In this document: piece after piece, positions 38,635 through 48,729 of the stretch | Layout of the letters: each line of letters begins with the position of its first letter | Numbering within the stretch: position 1 is the stretch's first letter | DNA from: Reclinomonas americana ATCC 50394 | Lineage: Eukaryota | NCBI GenBank assembly: GCA_048213135.1 | Contig: PS015010.1 | Coordinates: 1,736,001 to 1,800,000, forward strand | Length of the DNA stretch: 64,000 nt | Direction: 5' to 3' | The notes under the pieces: generated by a model | The model's database searches: none | What the model saw: only the letters and a program-made list of their open reading frames with translations | Told to the model about the DNA's origin: nothing | Program-made: the position numbers and the translations under genes

Positions 38635-40776
38635 ATGAAAAAGCAGGCCCTTATTTTTTTCTTCTTAGTGTTTTTTGGACAACGCATGATAGCGCAGTTG
38701 AATTACCCTTTTACCAAAACCGTTGACAGCAGTGATACCTGGCACAACGTAACTGTGAAAGACCCTTATCGCTGGATGGAAGACCTGAAGAGTGAAGAAA
38801 CCAAAAACTGGTTTAAAGCACAGAATGACTATACAACCAGCATCATGGATAAGTTGCCCATGACAGGAGTCCTGTATAAAGATTTTTTGATGCTGGATTC
38901 CATTCAGCCGGATAAAATCGGCAAAGTAAGACAGGTTGGCAATAAATTATTTTATTTCAATATCAAACTTGGCGATGCCAAACCTAAGATCTACAAGAGG
39001 GATGGTGAGAGCGGTAAAGAGGAATTGATCGCTGATAACAACCGCTGGGGCAGCAACTATACTTTCAGTGATTACGAAATAGACCCTTACCAGGAATTTA
39101 TTGCCATTACTGCAGGTGAAGGTGGCAAGGAGATTACGGCAGTAACCAAATTCTACGATATTGCTGCCGGCAAATTTTTAGCCGATACACTACCCGGCCG
39201 CTATGCCGGCTATGCGCCCGGCGAAGGCAACGTATTCTATATGCAGCAGCCCACCTGGGATGTGCATATCATGGTGCAGGATAAAGACCGTGTTTTTAAG
39301 ATCCACAGACTGGGTACCGATACCACGCAGGATAAGATTTTTCTTTCTTACCAACTCAACCCGGAATTATACGCCATGGATAACACCCAGCAACTCTGGC
39401 CCTTGTTGCTGCATAAAGATTGCCAATATGAATTGGTGTATTCGAGCAGTGCATCTCCTTTTATCGAAGTGTATTATCGCAAAATCAACAGTAACGCTTC
39501 CTGGAAAAAACTGGTCGGCCTGGGCGATGAGATCACCACGGTAAATGCCAATGGCAACAAGCTATTTATGGTAAGCAAAAAGAATGCACCCAATGGAAAG
39601 ATACTGCAACTGGACCTTAATAGTCCGGTCATGTCATCTGTTAAACTGGTGGCTGCGGAAAAAGATATGCCACTTGAAGCGGGCGACGGGCTGATGCAGT
39701 CAAAGAATTTTCTCATTGTGCCGTACATGAAAAACGGGGTGCAGTTGTATCATTATACGGTAGATATGCGCACCGGTACTTTCGCGAAGATCCCTTTTGC
39801 TGAAAATACAAATCTGCTGTACATAACGCCTTTCAATAAAAGCAATGATGATGTGCACCTGGTACGCAGCGGATGGACGACACCACTTACATACTCATAC
39901 GGTAATATAGAGAAGCATTTTACCAAAGAAAGAACATTTGCATTTCGCAAAAACCCGGTATTCCCGTACGTGAGTGAAGTGGTGGTTGATGAAGTGGAGA
40001 TAGCGGGACACGATGGCGTGATGATACCGGTTTCATTGATCCATAAAAAAGGCCTGAAAATGGATGGTACCAACACGGCATATGTGTACAGTTATGGCGC
40101 TTATGGCATCAGCTCTGCTGCAGGATTCAATCCTACCTTCTTATTGCTGGCACATAAAGGAGTAGTGATCGCCGTTGCACACGTGAGGGGCGGTGGTGAA
40201 AAAGGGGAGAACTGGCACCTGGCCGGGTTTAAGCAAAGCAAACCCAACACCTGGAAGGATTTGAACAGCACCGCCGAATACCTTATCAGCAAAGGCTATA
40301 CCTCTCCGGCTCACCTGGCTTGCGAAGGCGGCAGTGCCGGTGGTATCTTAATTGGCCGGGCCGTTACAGAACGCCCTGATCTTTGGGCCTGCGCTATACC
40401 ACAGGTTGGTTGCCTTAGCATGGTAAGACAGGAATTTGCCCCTAACGGACCTGCCAACACCCCGGAATTCGGCACTGTGAAAAACATCAACGAGTTCTTT
40501 GCATTAATGGAAATGGATGCTACGCTGCATGTGCAGCCAGGCACATCCTACCCTGCCATGCTCATCACCACCGGGTGGAATGACCCGCGGGTGATAAGCT
40601 GGCAACCTGCAAAGTTTGCTGCTGCCGTGCAACAGGCCAATATATCTGAAAAGCCCATTCTGTTACAGGTAGATTATAATGCCGGTCACTTCGGCAGCGA
40701 AGATAAATTTGCGACATTTAGAAGAGAAGCCGGCAAATGGGCTTTTATTCTGGAACAAACGGGATTAAAACAATGA
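38635..40776 (+). CDS. Secreted prolyl oligopeptidase (S9A)
   Basis: Signal peptide, DPYRWMED, RGGGEKG, GGSAGG nucleophile, NDPRV, AGH. Confidence 0.92.
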   Translation: MKKQALIFFFLVFFGQRMIAQLNYPFTKTVDSSDTWHNVTVKDPYRWMEDLKSEETKNWFKAQNDYTTSIMDKLPMTGVLYKDFLMLDSIQPDKIGKVRQVGNKLFYFNIKLGDAKPKIYKRDGESGKEELIADNNRWGSNYTFSDYEIDPYQEFIAITAGEGGKEITAVTKFYDIAAGKFLADTLPGRYAGYAPGEGNVFYMQQPTWDVHIMVQDKDRVFKIHRLGTDTTQDKIFLSYQLNPELYAMDNTQQLWPLLLHKDCQYELVYSSSASPFIEVYYRKINSNASWKKLVGLGDEITTVNANGNKLFMVSKKNAPNGKILQLDLNSPVMSSVKLVAAEKDMPLEAGDGLMQSKNFLIVPYMKNGVQLYHYTVDMRTGTFAKIPFAENTNLLYITPFNKSNDDVHLVRSGWTTPLTYSYGNIEKHFTKERTFAFRKNPVFPYVSEVVVDEVEIAGHDGVMIPVSLIHKKGLKMDGTNTAYVYSYGAYGISSAAGFNPTFLLLAHKGVVIAVAHVRGGGEKGENWHLAGFKQSKPNTWKDLNSTAEYLISKGYTSPAHLACEGGSAGGILIGRAVTERPDLWACAIPQVGCLSMVRQEFAPNGPANTPEFGTVKNINEFFALMEMDATLHVQPGTSYPAMLITTGWNDPRVISWQPAKFAAAVQQANISEKPILLQVDYNAGHFGSEDKFATFRREAGKWAFILEQTGLKQ

Positions 40777-40861
40777 TAGCCCTTTTTACGAAAGAAATAT
40801 TTCACATCGCAAAGCCCGCTTAAGCATTAATAATTACGCGACAAAAATGCTAACTTAAAGC

Positions 40862-42784
40862 ATGAAAAAATATGCCTGGCTAATGGTCCTTTATTGCTGT
40901 ATGAATATTCAGCCAGGCCATGCACAGGATCATTCAAAAATTGATACCGGCAGTGCCCGTTCTTTTGTTCTGCCCGATCCCTTACCCGGAGAATTTATGA
41001 TCAACATATCCGATAAGGTAGTTACCTGTGATGCAGCAGTCTTCGACCAATTCAAAGAAAACGGCACATTCCAGATTGGGGATACACAGAACTTTACAAA
41101 CATTAAGGTCAGTACCTCATTACTTCATCCTGTCAACGAGATCGTTCTGTTCTTCAGCATTCATAATGCTTCGGCAAAGGAAAAACTGGTTTATTTTTCA
41201 TGCGGCACTCCTGACCTTTCCGAGTTTGCTTCACTTGACGATCCGGCTAAAAAAATAATAAAAGGAGGTTTTACAGGAACCGACAATCGCATCTCTCCGT
41301 TTTCCCCCAACAAATATTTTCCTGTTTTTCTTCCGGCCAATACAAGCAGCAGGTTCCTGTTTCATGCCAAATTCATGGGCAGCGCTAAAGAAACGATAGT
41401 TCCTGTGCTTTTAAGTGAAAGGACTTATCAACTGAATTCAATACATGACATTGACAAAACACGCTTCCAGCTGATATACCACAGCCTCATCATGGGAGGC
41501 ATTTTTATCATCAGTATCTTTATGTTTGCGCAATATTTTCTCAACAAGGATAAAACTTACCTTTCCTATTCCGCCTATGGCCTGTGCATATTCCTGCTTT
41601 CAGAAAAAATAATGGAATCGAATTGCAACATTAACCTGGTCAGCTACTTCTTTCCTTACTATGTTTTTTATTCGCATGTGATCCTGCAATTGCTTGCCAG
41701 CTACTTTTATATTAGTTTCCTGAAAAGATTGTTAGGTATATCTGTAAAAGAAAAGAGTCTTTACCGGTATTGCAATACTTTACAGCTACTGATATTAGCA
41801 GGATGCGTCATTAATATCATCCCCTTCTTTATTGCAGAAGGCGCTCTTATTACAACGATTGCCTATAATTATGGAGTTCTTGTAAGCACGTTTGCCATGC
41901 TTCCTTTATTGATCATGTTAATGATGCTTAAGGGGAAGACGTTGCCTGTTAAGTTTGTAATAGCGGGGTTTAGCGCCGTTGTTATTGCTACATTGCTGGT
42001 TGTGTATATCAACAGGAGTGGCTTATACGTACAATTCCACTTACTGGCACCTATTTCAATTTTTGAGTTTGGTATTTTCCTGGAAATGGTCTTTTTCGGC
42101 CTAGCACTAGGCTATAAAACGTATATGCAAAAGAAAGAGAAAGAAAGTATTGAACTGCAAAAAAAAGAAACTGAAATTGCCGCCCTTAAGGCGCAGATGA
42201 ACCCACATTTCATCTTTAATTGCATTAACAGTATTGACGCCTTTATTCAGAGCAATGATAAATACAATGCCACACTGTACCTGAACAAATTCGCCCGGCT
42301 CATCCGTAACGTACTCGAAAGCAGCAAACAAAACCTCGTTCCTTTTTTCAAAGACATAGAAACCCTGAAATTGTATATTGAACTGGAACAATTGCGCAGC
42401 GATGCCCCATTTGCCACCGACATACTTATCGATGAAGAGCTGATGACAGGCGATTATAAAGTACCCTCACTCATTGTGCAGCCATTCATTGAAAATGCCA
42501 TCATACACGGGTTGAGGAATAAAGAAACGGGCGATGGGTTGTTATCCATACACATCAACCGGGCAGGCGATCACATTATTTATGTGATAACGGATAACGG
42601 CGTGGGCAGGAAAGCCGCGGCCCAGGGAGGAGAAGGAAAAGATAAGTCCTATGGCATGCAGATGAGTTTTGACAGGATAAAATTATTCAACCAGCAGACC
42701 ACTTCAGATGTTGAGGTAACTGATCTTTATAAAGACGGGGTAGCTGCCGGCACACAGATCATCATTCAACTCAAAATTATTTAA
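40862..42784 (+). CDS. 7TM-DISM-type sensor histidine kinase (LytS-like His_kinase)
   Basis: Extracellular domain, ~7 TMs, ALKAQMNPHFIFN, QPFIENAIIHG, DNGVG. Confidence 0.88.
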   Translation: MKKYAWLMVLYCCMNIQPGHAQDHSKIDTGSARSFVLPDPLPGEFMINISDKVVTCDAAVFDQFKENGTFQIGDTQNFTNIKVSTSLLHPVNEIVLFFSIHNASAKEKLVYFSCGTPDLSEFASLDDPAKKIIKGGFTGTDNRISPFSPNKYFPVFLPANTSSRFLFHAKFMGSAKETIVPVLLSERTYQLNSIHDIDKTRFQLIYHSLIMGGIFIISIFMFAQYFLNKDKTYLSYSAYGLCIFLLSEKIMESNCNINLVSYFFPYYVFYSHVILQLLASYFYISFLKRLLGISVKEKSLYRYCNTLQLLILAGCVINIIPFFIAEGALITTIAYNYGVLVSTFAMLPLLIMLMMLKGKTLPVKFVIAGFSAVVIATLLVVYINRSGLYVQFHLLAPISIFEFGIFLEMVFFGLALGYKTYMQKKEKESIELQKKETEIAALKAQMNPHFIFNCINSIDAFIQSNDKYNATLYLNKFARLIRNVLESSKQNLVPFFKDIETLKLYIELEQLRSDAPFATDILIDEELMTGDYKVPSLIVQPFIENAIIHGLRNKETGDGLLSIHINRAGDHIIYVITDNGVGRKAAAQGGEGKDKSYGMQMSFDRIKLFNQQTTSDVEVTDLYKDGVAAGTQIIIQLKII

Positions 42785-42785
42785 T

Positions 42786-43529
42786 ATGATCACCGCTATC
42801 ATCATTGATGACGAGAGTAAAGGCAGGACAGCTCTCAGGGAAAAACTGAAGACCTATTGCCCGGAAGTGCAGGTGGTTGCGGAAGCAGCGGATGGAAAGG
42901 ACGCTATACAACTGATCAGTAAGCATACACCTCAATTACTCTTTCTTGATATTGAAATGCCAAGAATGAACGGGTTTGAAATGCTGAACCTTATCCCCGA
43001 AAAACCATTCCATGTCATCTTCACCACCGCATATGATCAGTATGCCATTAAAGCGATCAAATATGCCGCATTCGATTATTTGCTGAAACCTATTGACATT
43101 GATGAGCTGAAAGCCGCTATATTACGCATCAGCCAGGCCAAAGCCACGGATACTACGCGACAGGCAGCCTACCTGCAGGAAAATATAGCCCATCCAAAAA
43201 AACAGCTCAGCAAACTGGCTATCCCTACCCTGGACGGTTTGCATTTTTATGACATCAGCGATATCATTCACCTGGAAGCCAACAGCAATTATACCAATAT
43301 CCATTTTATTAATTCCAAAAAGCTCATTGCCTCCCGTACACTGAAAGATTTTGAAGAACTGTTACCAACTGATATTTTCTTCCGGCCCCACCATTCTCAC
43401 CTTATCAATCTCAATTACATCAAAAGATACATCAGGGGCGACGGCGGCCAGATCGAGTTACAGAACGGCACCTATGTAGATGTTTCCCGGCGGAAAAAGG
43501 AAGACTTTCTGAAAACCATCGGCTATTAG
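42786..43529 (+). CDS. LytTR family response regulator
   Basis: IIDDE, FLDIEMP, DYLLKP, FFRPHHSHLINL, VSRR. Confidence 0.94.
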   Translation: MITAIIIDDESKGRTALREKLKTYCPEVQVVAEAADGKDAIQLISKHTPQLLFLDIEMPRMNGFEMLNLIPEKPFHVIFTTAYDQYAIKAIKYAAFDYLLKPIDIDELKAAILRISQAKATDTTRQAAYLQENIAHPKKQLSKLAIPTLDGLHFYDISDIIHLEANSNYTNIHFINSKKLIASRTLKDFEELLPTDIFFRPHHSHLINLNYIKRYIRGDGGQIELQNGTYVDVSRRKKEDFLKTIGY

Positions 43530-43541
43530 TACCTTTGCAGC

Positions 43542-44366
43542 ATGGAACAATACCTCACCGATCTTTTCAGCAAACAGCAATATGACAGCAATAACTTCTT
43601 CCTGATCGCCGGGCCCTGCGTGGTGGAAAGCGAAGAACTGATCAACGAAGTGGCCGACAAGGTGGCTGACACCTGTAAACGACTGGGTATTCCCTACATT
43701 TTCAAATCCTCTTACCGCAAGGCCAACCGCACCAGTGCTTCTTCCTTCACCGGCATTGGCGATGAAGCCGCCATGCAGGCGTTGAAAAGACTGGGTGAAA
43801 GAACCGGGCTCCCCGTTACCACCGACATTCACACCGCTGGTGAAGCCGCCCTGGCCGCACAATACGTGGATGTGTTGCAGATACCGGCATTCCTCTGCCG
43901 CCAGACGGATCTCCTCATTGCGGCCGCGGAAACCGGCAGAATCGTGAACGTAAAAAAAGGCCAGTTCCTGAGCGGGCCTTCCATGAAATTTGCCGTGGAA
44001 AAAATACAGCAGGCGGGTAATCCTAAAGTGGGACTGATTGACCGTGGCAATATGTTCGGCTACCAGGACCTGGTGGTGGACTACCGCAATATTCCCTGGA
44101 TGAAAGGCATTGGTGTACCCGTGATCATGGATTGCACCCATTCCTTACAGCAGCCTAACCAGGCGGGTGGTGTTACCGGCGGCAACCCCGAACTGATTGA
44201 GACCATTGCCAAAGCCGCCATAGCCACCGGCGCCGACGGGCTGTTCATTGAAACACACCCCAACCCTGCCGTTGCTAAAAGCGATGGCGCCAATATGCTC
44301 AAACTCGACCTGCTGGAACCGTTGCTGGAGAAGCTGGTGAAAATCAGGAGGGCGGTGGTCAATTAA
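43542..44366 (+). CDS. kdsA: 3-deoxy-8-phosphooctulonate synthase
   Basis: IAGPCVVE, KANRTS, QIPAFLCRQTDL, KKGQF, DCTHS, SDG. Confidence 0.96.
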   Translation: MEQYLTDLFSKQQYDSNNFFLIAGPCVVESEELINEVADKVADTCKRLGIPYIFKSSYRKANRTSASSFTGIGDEAAMQALKRLGERTGLPVTTDIHTAGEAALAAQYVDVLQIPAFLCRQTDLLIAAAETGRIVNVKKGQFLSGPSMKFAVEKIQQAGNPKVGLIDRGNMFGYQDLVVDYRNIPWMKGIGVPVIMDCTHSLQQPNQAGGVTGGNPELIETIAKAAIATGADGLFIETHPNPAVAKSDGANMLKLDLLEPLLEKLVKIRRAVVN

Positions 44367-44400
44367 AAAATAAAAAGGAAAAAGTCAAAAGTAAAAATGG

Positions 44401-44856
44401 CTTCTCGTAACTCCGCGTCCTCCGTTTCTTTGCGGTAAATTTCACGCAAGGAGCGCAAAGGAGCAACGACGCAAAGGAAAATCTTAACTCATATAATTTA
44501 GCTTAGCGAACCTCCGCGTCCTCCGTTCCTCTGCGGTAGAATTTCACGCAAGGAGCGCAAAGGAGCAACGACGCAAAAGAAAAACTTAATTTGTACAATC
44601 TAACTTAGCGCATCTCGGCGTTCTTCGTTTCTCTGCGGTAAAACCAAATGGCAACGCCATTTCACAACGCATCATTTTCTTTTTTCTCAATAAATATATC
44701 TTAGCGTAACTCTGCGTCCTTCGTTTCTTTGCGGTAAACCAAATGGCAAAGCCATTTCACAACGCATCATTTTCTTTTTTCTCAATAAATATATCTTAGC
44801 GTAACTCTGCGTCCTTCGTTTCTTTGCGGTAAACCAAATGGCAAAGCCATTTCACA
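44401..44856. repeat. Tandem REP/BIME-like array: five 37-bp repeats with 58-65-bp duplicated linkers
   Basis: Consensus CTTAGCGTAACTCTGCGTCCTTCGTTTCTTTGCGGTA at 44401, 44502, 44604, 44700, 44795. Confidence 0.92.
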
Positions 44857-45073
44857 AATAACGCACCGGGTTTCTCCGTGCATTGAAGATGTACTGCTTC
44901 ACATTCATCCAGAACGCCACAAACATATAAATGATGAGCGGGGAGCCCATAGTAAGAAAGGAAATGTAAATAAAATACTTCCGGATGGTTGACGTGGCAA
45001 CCCCCATTTTTTCACCAATGGCCGTACACACCCCAAACACATGCCACTCGATAAAATGTTTGAACCGGTTCAT
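44852..45073 (-). CDS. PspC domain-containing small membrane protein
   Basis: FGVCTAIGEKMGV...IRKYFIYISFLTMGSPLIIY...FW. Confidence 0.8.
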   Translation of the reverse strand: MNRFKHFIEWHVFGVCTAIGEKMGVATSTIRKYFIYISFLTMGSPLIIYMFVAFWMNVKQYIFNARRNPVRYL

Positions 45074-45239
45074 ATCGCTAAATTAAAAATATTTTACTCG
45101 CAAAGCAAAGTTTGTTTTGTTAAATCCCGATCAGGCATCCTATATCCTGTATCCCGCACCCCGCATCTTTAATACTTGATACCTTCCCACTATTTCAGTA
45201 AATTTGCAACATTCATCACCCATATTGTAAATAAGTACT

Positions 45240-47513
45240 ATGGCCTTCGATATTGAAATGATCAAAAAGCTGTACACTGGCTTCCCCGGCCGTGTGGCAG
45301 CAGCCCGGAAAGCAGCCGGCAAGCCCCTCACCCTCACAGAAAAAATATTGTATGCCCACCTTTGGCAGGGAGAAGCGACCAGCGCTTATGAAAGAGGAAA
45401 AGACTATGTTGATTTTGCTCCCGACCGCGTAGCCATGCAGGACGCCACCGCACAGATGGCCCTCCTCCAGTTCATGCAAAGCGGGCGCAGCAAGGTTGCC
45501 GTTCCTTCCACCGTGCATTGCGATCACCTTATTGAAGCTAAAATAGACAGCAAGACCGACCTGGACCGTGCCGTGCATGAAAGCAGTGAAGTATATGATT
45601 TCCTGGCATCGGTAAGTAATAAATACGGCATCGGGTTCTGGAAACCCGGCGCGGGCATTATTCACCAGGTAGTACTGGAAAACTACGCCTTCCCCGGCGG
45701 TATGATGATTGGTACCGACAGCCACACGGTAAACGCCGGCGGCCTGGGTATGATCGCCATTGGCGTGGGCGGCGCTGATGCCTGTGATGTGATGGCCGGC
45801 CTGCCCTGGGAACTGAAAATGCCCAAACTGATCGGTGTTAAACTCACCGGCAAACTCAATGGCTGGACAGCCCCTAAAGACGTGATCCTGAAAGTGGCCG
45901 GCATCCTGACCGTAAAAGGCGGTACCGGCGCGGTAGTGGAATACTTTGGCGAAGGCGCCACCAGTATGAGCTGTACCGGTAAAGGTACCATCTGCAATAT
46001 GGGAGCGGAAATTGGCGCAACCACTTCTACCTTCGGTTATGACGAAAGCATGAGCCGCTACCTGAAAGCCACCGGCCGTGCGGAGATCGCCGATATGGCC
46101 GACCAGATCAAAAATGAACTCACCGGCGACGCGGAAGTGTATGCCGAACCCGATAAATACTTCGACCAGGTGATCGAGATCAACCTGAGCGAACTGGAAC
46201 CCCACCTGAACGGACCTTTCACTCCCGATCTGGCTACGCCCATTTCCAAAATGAAAGAAGCCGCCGCCGCCAATGGCTGGCCTACCAAAATTGAAGTGGG
46301 ACTGATCGGCAGTTGCACCAACTCTTCTTACGAAGACATCAGCCGTGCCGTTAGCCTGGCCCGCCAGGTAGCGCAAAAAGGACTGAAACTGAAATCTGAA
46401 TTCACCATAACACCCGGCAGCGAGCAGGTACGCTATACCATTGAAAGAGATGGCTTCCTGAACGTATTCGACACCATTGGCGCTACGGTATTCGCCAACG
46501 CCTGTGGTCCCTGCATTGGTATGTGGGCCCGTGTAGGCGCTGAAAAAGCGGAGAAAAACACCATTGTACACTCCTTCAACCGCAACTTCGCCAAACGTGC
46601 CGACGGCAACCCGAACACCTACGCTTTTGTGGGCAGCCCGGAGATCGTTACCGCCATGGCCATTGCCGGCGACCTCAACTTTAACCCGCTTACCGACACC
46701 CTGGTGAACGATAAAGGCGAAATGGTAAAACTTGACCCGCCATCAGGCGATGAACTGCCGCCAAAAGGTTTTGCCGTGGAAGATGCCGGTTACCAGCAGC
46801 CTGCCGAAGATGGCAGCGGTGTACAGGTGATTGTATCCCCCACCAGCAAACGCCTGCAACTGCTTGATCCGTTTGCCGCCTGGGAAGGCACCGATCTGAA
46901 AGGATTGAAACTGCTGATTAAAGCCAAAGGAAAATGTACCACCGACCACATCAGTATGGCCGGTCCATGGCTGAAGTTCCGCGGTCACCTCGACAATATC
47001 AGCAACAACATGCTCATTGGCGCCGTGAATTTCTTCAATGAAAAGACTGACCTGGTGAAGAACCAGCTCGACGGCCAGTATGGTCCTGTTCCCGCGACAC
47101 AGCGTGTGTACAAAGCCGCGGGCATTGGTACCCTGGTAGTGGGCGACGAAAACTACGGCGAAGGCTCTTCCCGCGAACATGCGGCCATGGAACCCCGTCA
47201 CCTGGGTGTGCGTGCCGTGCTGGTAAAAAGCTTTGCCCGCATCCACGAAACCAACCTGAAAAAACAGGGGATGCTGGCGCTGACTTTCGCCAATAAAGAG
47301 GATTACGATAAAATACAGGAAGACGATACCATTGACATTACCGGTTTGACCGAATTTGCGCCCAACAAACCACTGGCACTGCACCTGCACCATGCCGATG
47401 GTACTTCGGAGATCATACAGGCCAACCATACGTACAATGAACAGCAGATAGAATGGTTTAAGGCCGGTGGCGCCCTCAACATCATCCGCAGGGAATTTGC
47501 CGCCAATAATTAA
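45240..47513 (+). CDS. acnA: Aconitate hydratase (mitochondrial-like type)
   Basis: [57 protein letters not shown]. Confidence 0.95.
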   Translation: MAFDIEMIKKLYTGFPGRVAAARKAAGKPLTLTEKILYAHLWQGEATSAYERGKDYVDFAPDRVAMQDATAQMALLQFMQSGRSKVAVPSTVHCDHLIEAKIDSKTDLDRAVHESSEVYDFLASVSNKYGIGFWKPGAGIIHQVVLENYAFPGGMMIGTDSHTVNAGGLGMIAIGVGGADACDVMAGLPWELKMPKLIGVKLTGKLNGWTAPKDVILKVAGILTVKGGTGAVVEYFGEGATSMSCTGKGTICNMGAEIGATTSTFGYDESMSRYLKATGRAEIADMADQIKNELTGDAEVYAEPDKYFDQVIEINLSELEPHLNGPFTPDLATPISKMKEAAAANGWPTKIEVGLIGSCTNSSYEDISRAVSLARQVAQKGLKLKSEFTITPGSEQVRYTIERDGFLNVFDTIGATVFANACGPCIGMWARVGAEKAEKNTIVHSFNRNFAKRADGNPNTYAFVGSPEIVTAMAIAGDLNFNPLTDTLVNDKGEMVKLDPPSGDELPPKGFAVEDAGYQQPAEDGSGVQVIVSPTSKRLQLLDPFAAWEGTDLKGLKLLIKAKGKCTTDHISMAGPWLKFRGHLDNISNNMLIGAVNFFNEKTDLVKNQLDGQYGPVPATQRVYKAAGIGTLVVGDENYGEGSSREHAAMEPRHLGVRAVLVKSFARIHETNLKKQGMLALTFANKEDYDKIQEDDTIDITGLTEFAPNKPLALHLHHADGTSEIIQANHTYNEQQIEWFKAGGALNIIRREFAANN

Positions 47514-47536
47514 TGACAAGTCATAATAATATCCCT

Positions 47537-47566
47537 AAAATGTCCCGCTCCGGTGGGACATTTTTT
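47537..47566. terminator. Intrinsic terminator after aconitase
   Basis: AAAATGTCCCGC-tccg-GTGGGACATTTTTT. Confidence 0.85.
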
Positions 47567-47620
47567 GTTCAACCATCCACCTTTCATTCCTTCATTCCTT
47601 CTTTCATTCATTCATTTTCT

Positions 47621-48064
47621 TTACACCCTGCTGCCCAGTGCTTTCTTGAAATAATTGTCGAGCGAAAGCCGTCCGCCTCCTTCCACGAAGAAAACGATCA
47701 GCAGTAACAGCACGATCACGGAAAAGCCCAGGTCGGATCCGGAAAAATAAGGATCCGCGTTTTTGAGGTGTACCAGGAAGATGGCGCCCAGCAGGATGGG
47801 TATTTGCACCAGGCAGGACAGCCGGGTGAACAGTCCCACGGCAATGAATGCACCGCCCAGCAGGTGTACCCAGGTAATGACCATAGGAAGCCAGGTATAT
47901 TCGCCGAAATTGATACCCTCTACCAGCCGCTGCAGGCTGAGTGAATCCTGCAGGAAGGATATACCCTTAATGAAAAGGCAAAGGCCCAGTGCCGCCCTCA
48001 GGAATACGAGCCACCTGGGGTGATGGGTTGAACTCCATTTTTCTATTGGTGTGAATATGCCCAT
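47621..48064 (-). CDS. DoxX family membrane protein
   Basis: LRAALG..LFIKG, GLFTR, GGGRLSLD. Confidence 0.85.
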   Translation of the reverse strand: MGIFTPIEKWSSTHHPRWLVFLRAALGLCLFIKGISFLQDSLSLQRLVEGINFGEYTWLPMVITWVHLLGGAFIAVGLFTRLSCLVQIPILLGAIFLVHLKNADPYFSGSDLGFSVIVLLLLIVFFVEGGGRLSLDNYFKKALGSRV

Positions 48065-48170
48065 GTGCAGCCCAATAAGGAGTTTAGTGATATTAGAAAG
48101 CTACAAAATATATTCCAGATTTGCAATGGACATTACTTTGGATAGTGCACCCCTTCGGCCCCGTCCTTGC

Positions 48171-48236
48171 TGGTCATGCTGAGGAAACGAAACATCTGTC
48201 GGTTGTAAAGAGATACCTCCGTCGTTGGGATGACCA
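48171..48236. repeat. REP-like imperfect palindrome (GTCAT...ATGAC type)
   Basis: TGGTCATGCTGAGGAAACGAAACATCT...AGATACCTCCGTCGTTGGGATGACCA; related fragment at 18744-18789. Confidence 0.65.
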
Positions 48237-48301
48237 AAACTGTAACACGAATGCACAACCTTACCTTGCGGATGTGCCTCCTGCTATGCCGGTGGGGTTT
48301 A

Positions 48302-48388
48302 GCGTGAGGGATTGAAGCGTATAGCCCGGACCCCGAGGTACGAGGGGGAGGACTTGCAGCGGAAAGCCCGGCCCGGAGGGACACGCCC
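48302..48388 (-). ncRNA. Flavo-1-like structured RNA/repeat element
   Basis: Minus strand GGGCGTGTCCC-TCC-GGGCCGGGCTTTCCGCT...CGCTTCAATCCCTCACGC resembles my recollection of the Flavo-1 motif; not verified by covariance model. Confidence 0.55.
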
Positions 48389-48392
48389 GGGC

Positions 48393-48427
48393 AAAAAAAA
48401 TCCCACTGCAAATGAATGCAGCAGGAT
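48393..48427 (-). terminator. Intrinsic terminator of an unannotated short transcript
   Basis: ATCCTGCTGCA-ttcatt-TGCAGTGGGAT-TTTTTTT on the minus strand. Confidence 0.75.
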
Positions 48428-48451
48428 GTGTTTAGGTAAGGGCAGAAGCCG

Positions 48452-48505
48452 TTATAATATAATAAGACTAATATTCTTTGGTTTGGAGGTAAGCACCATG
48501 TGCAT
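48452..48505 (-). CDS. Candidate 17-aa peptide MHMVLTSKPKNISLIIL
   Basis: ATG 48505 to TAA 48452, between a promoter/hairpin and a terminator; below the ORF-track cutoff. Confidence 0.3.
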   Translation of the reverse strand: MHMVLTSKPKNISLIIL

Positions 48506-48577
48506 TTCTTAAAAAAAGGGGGCTTGAATGGACATTCGGCCCCGTTTTAAAATCCAATATCCTATGAAAAACCGATG

Positions 48578-48661
48578 TAAATATAGAACCGTTACGGCGG
48601 TGATTAAAGCGCCAGTAGACCGGGAACAGGTAATAATAGATTAACATGCCCTGCCAGTAGA
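48578..48661 (-). promoter_or_regulatory. LytTR-type phased direct repeats and -7 promoter element
   Basis: GCCAGTAGA (48611), AATAATAGA (48632), GCCAGTAGA (48653) at 21-bp period; TATATTTA on the minus strand at ~48578-48585. Confidence 0.65.
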
Positions 48662-48729
48662 TAACCGTAAAAAGGGTCTGCGGAAATAAGGCCGGATAAG
48701 CTGAAAATCAGTAAATTTACAATCCTCGA

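Noticed and set aside
44401-44831. CRISPR array
   Set aside because: Spacers are duplicated (1~2, 3~4) and long (58-65 bp), repeats are degenerate and also dispersed at 52.1 kb, and there are no cas genes in the window
48121-48512. ORF-track ORFs 48121-48315, 48133-48411, 48312-48512
   Set aside because: They run through palindromic repeat/RNA elements and a terminator, with no protein-like features
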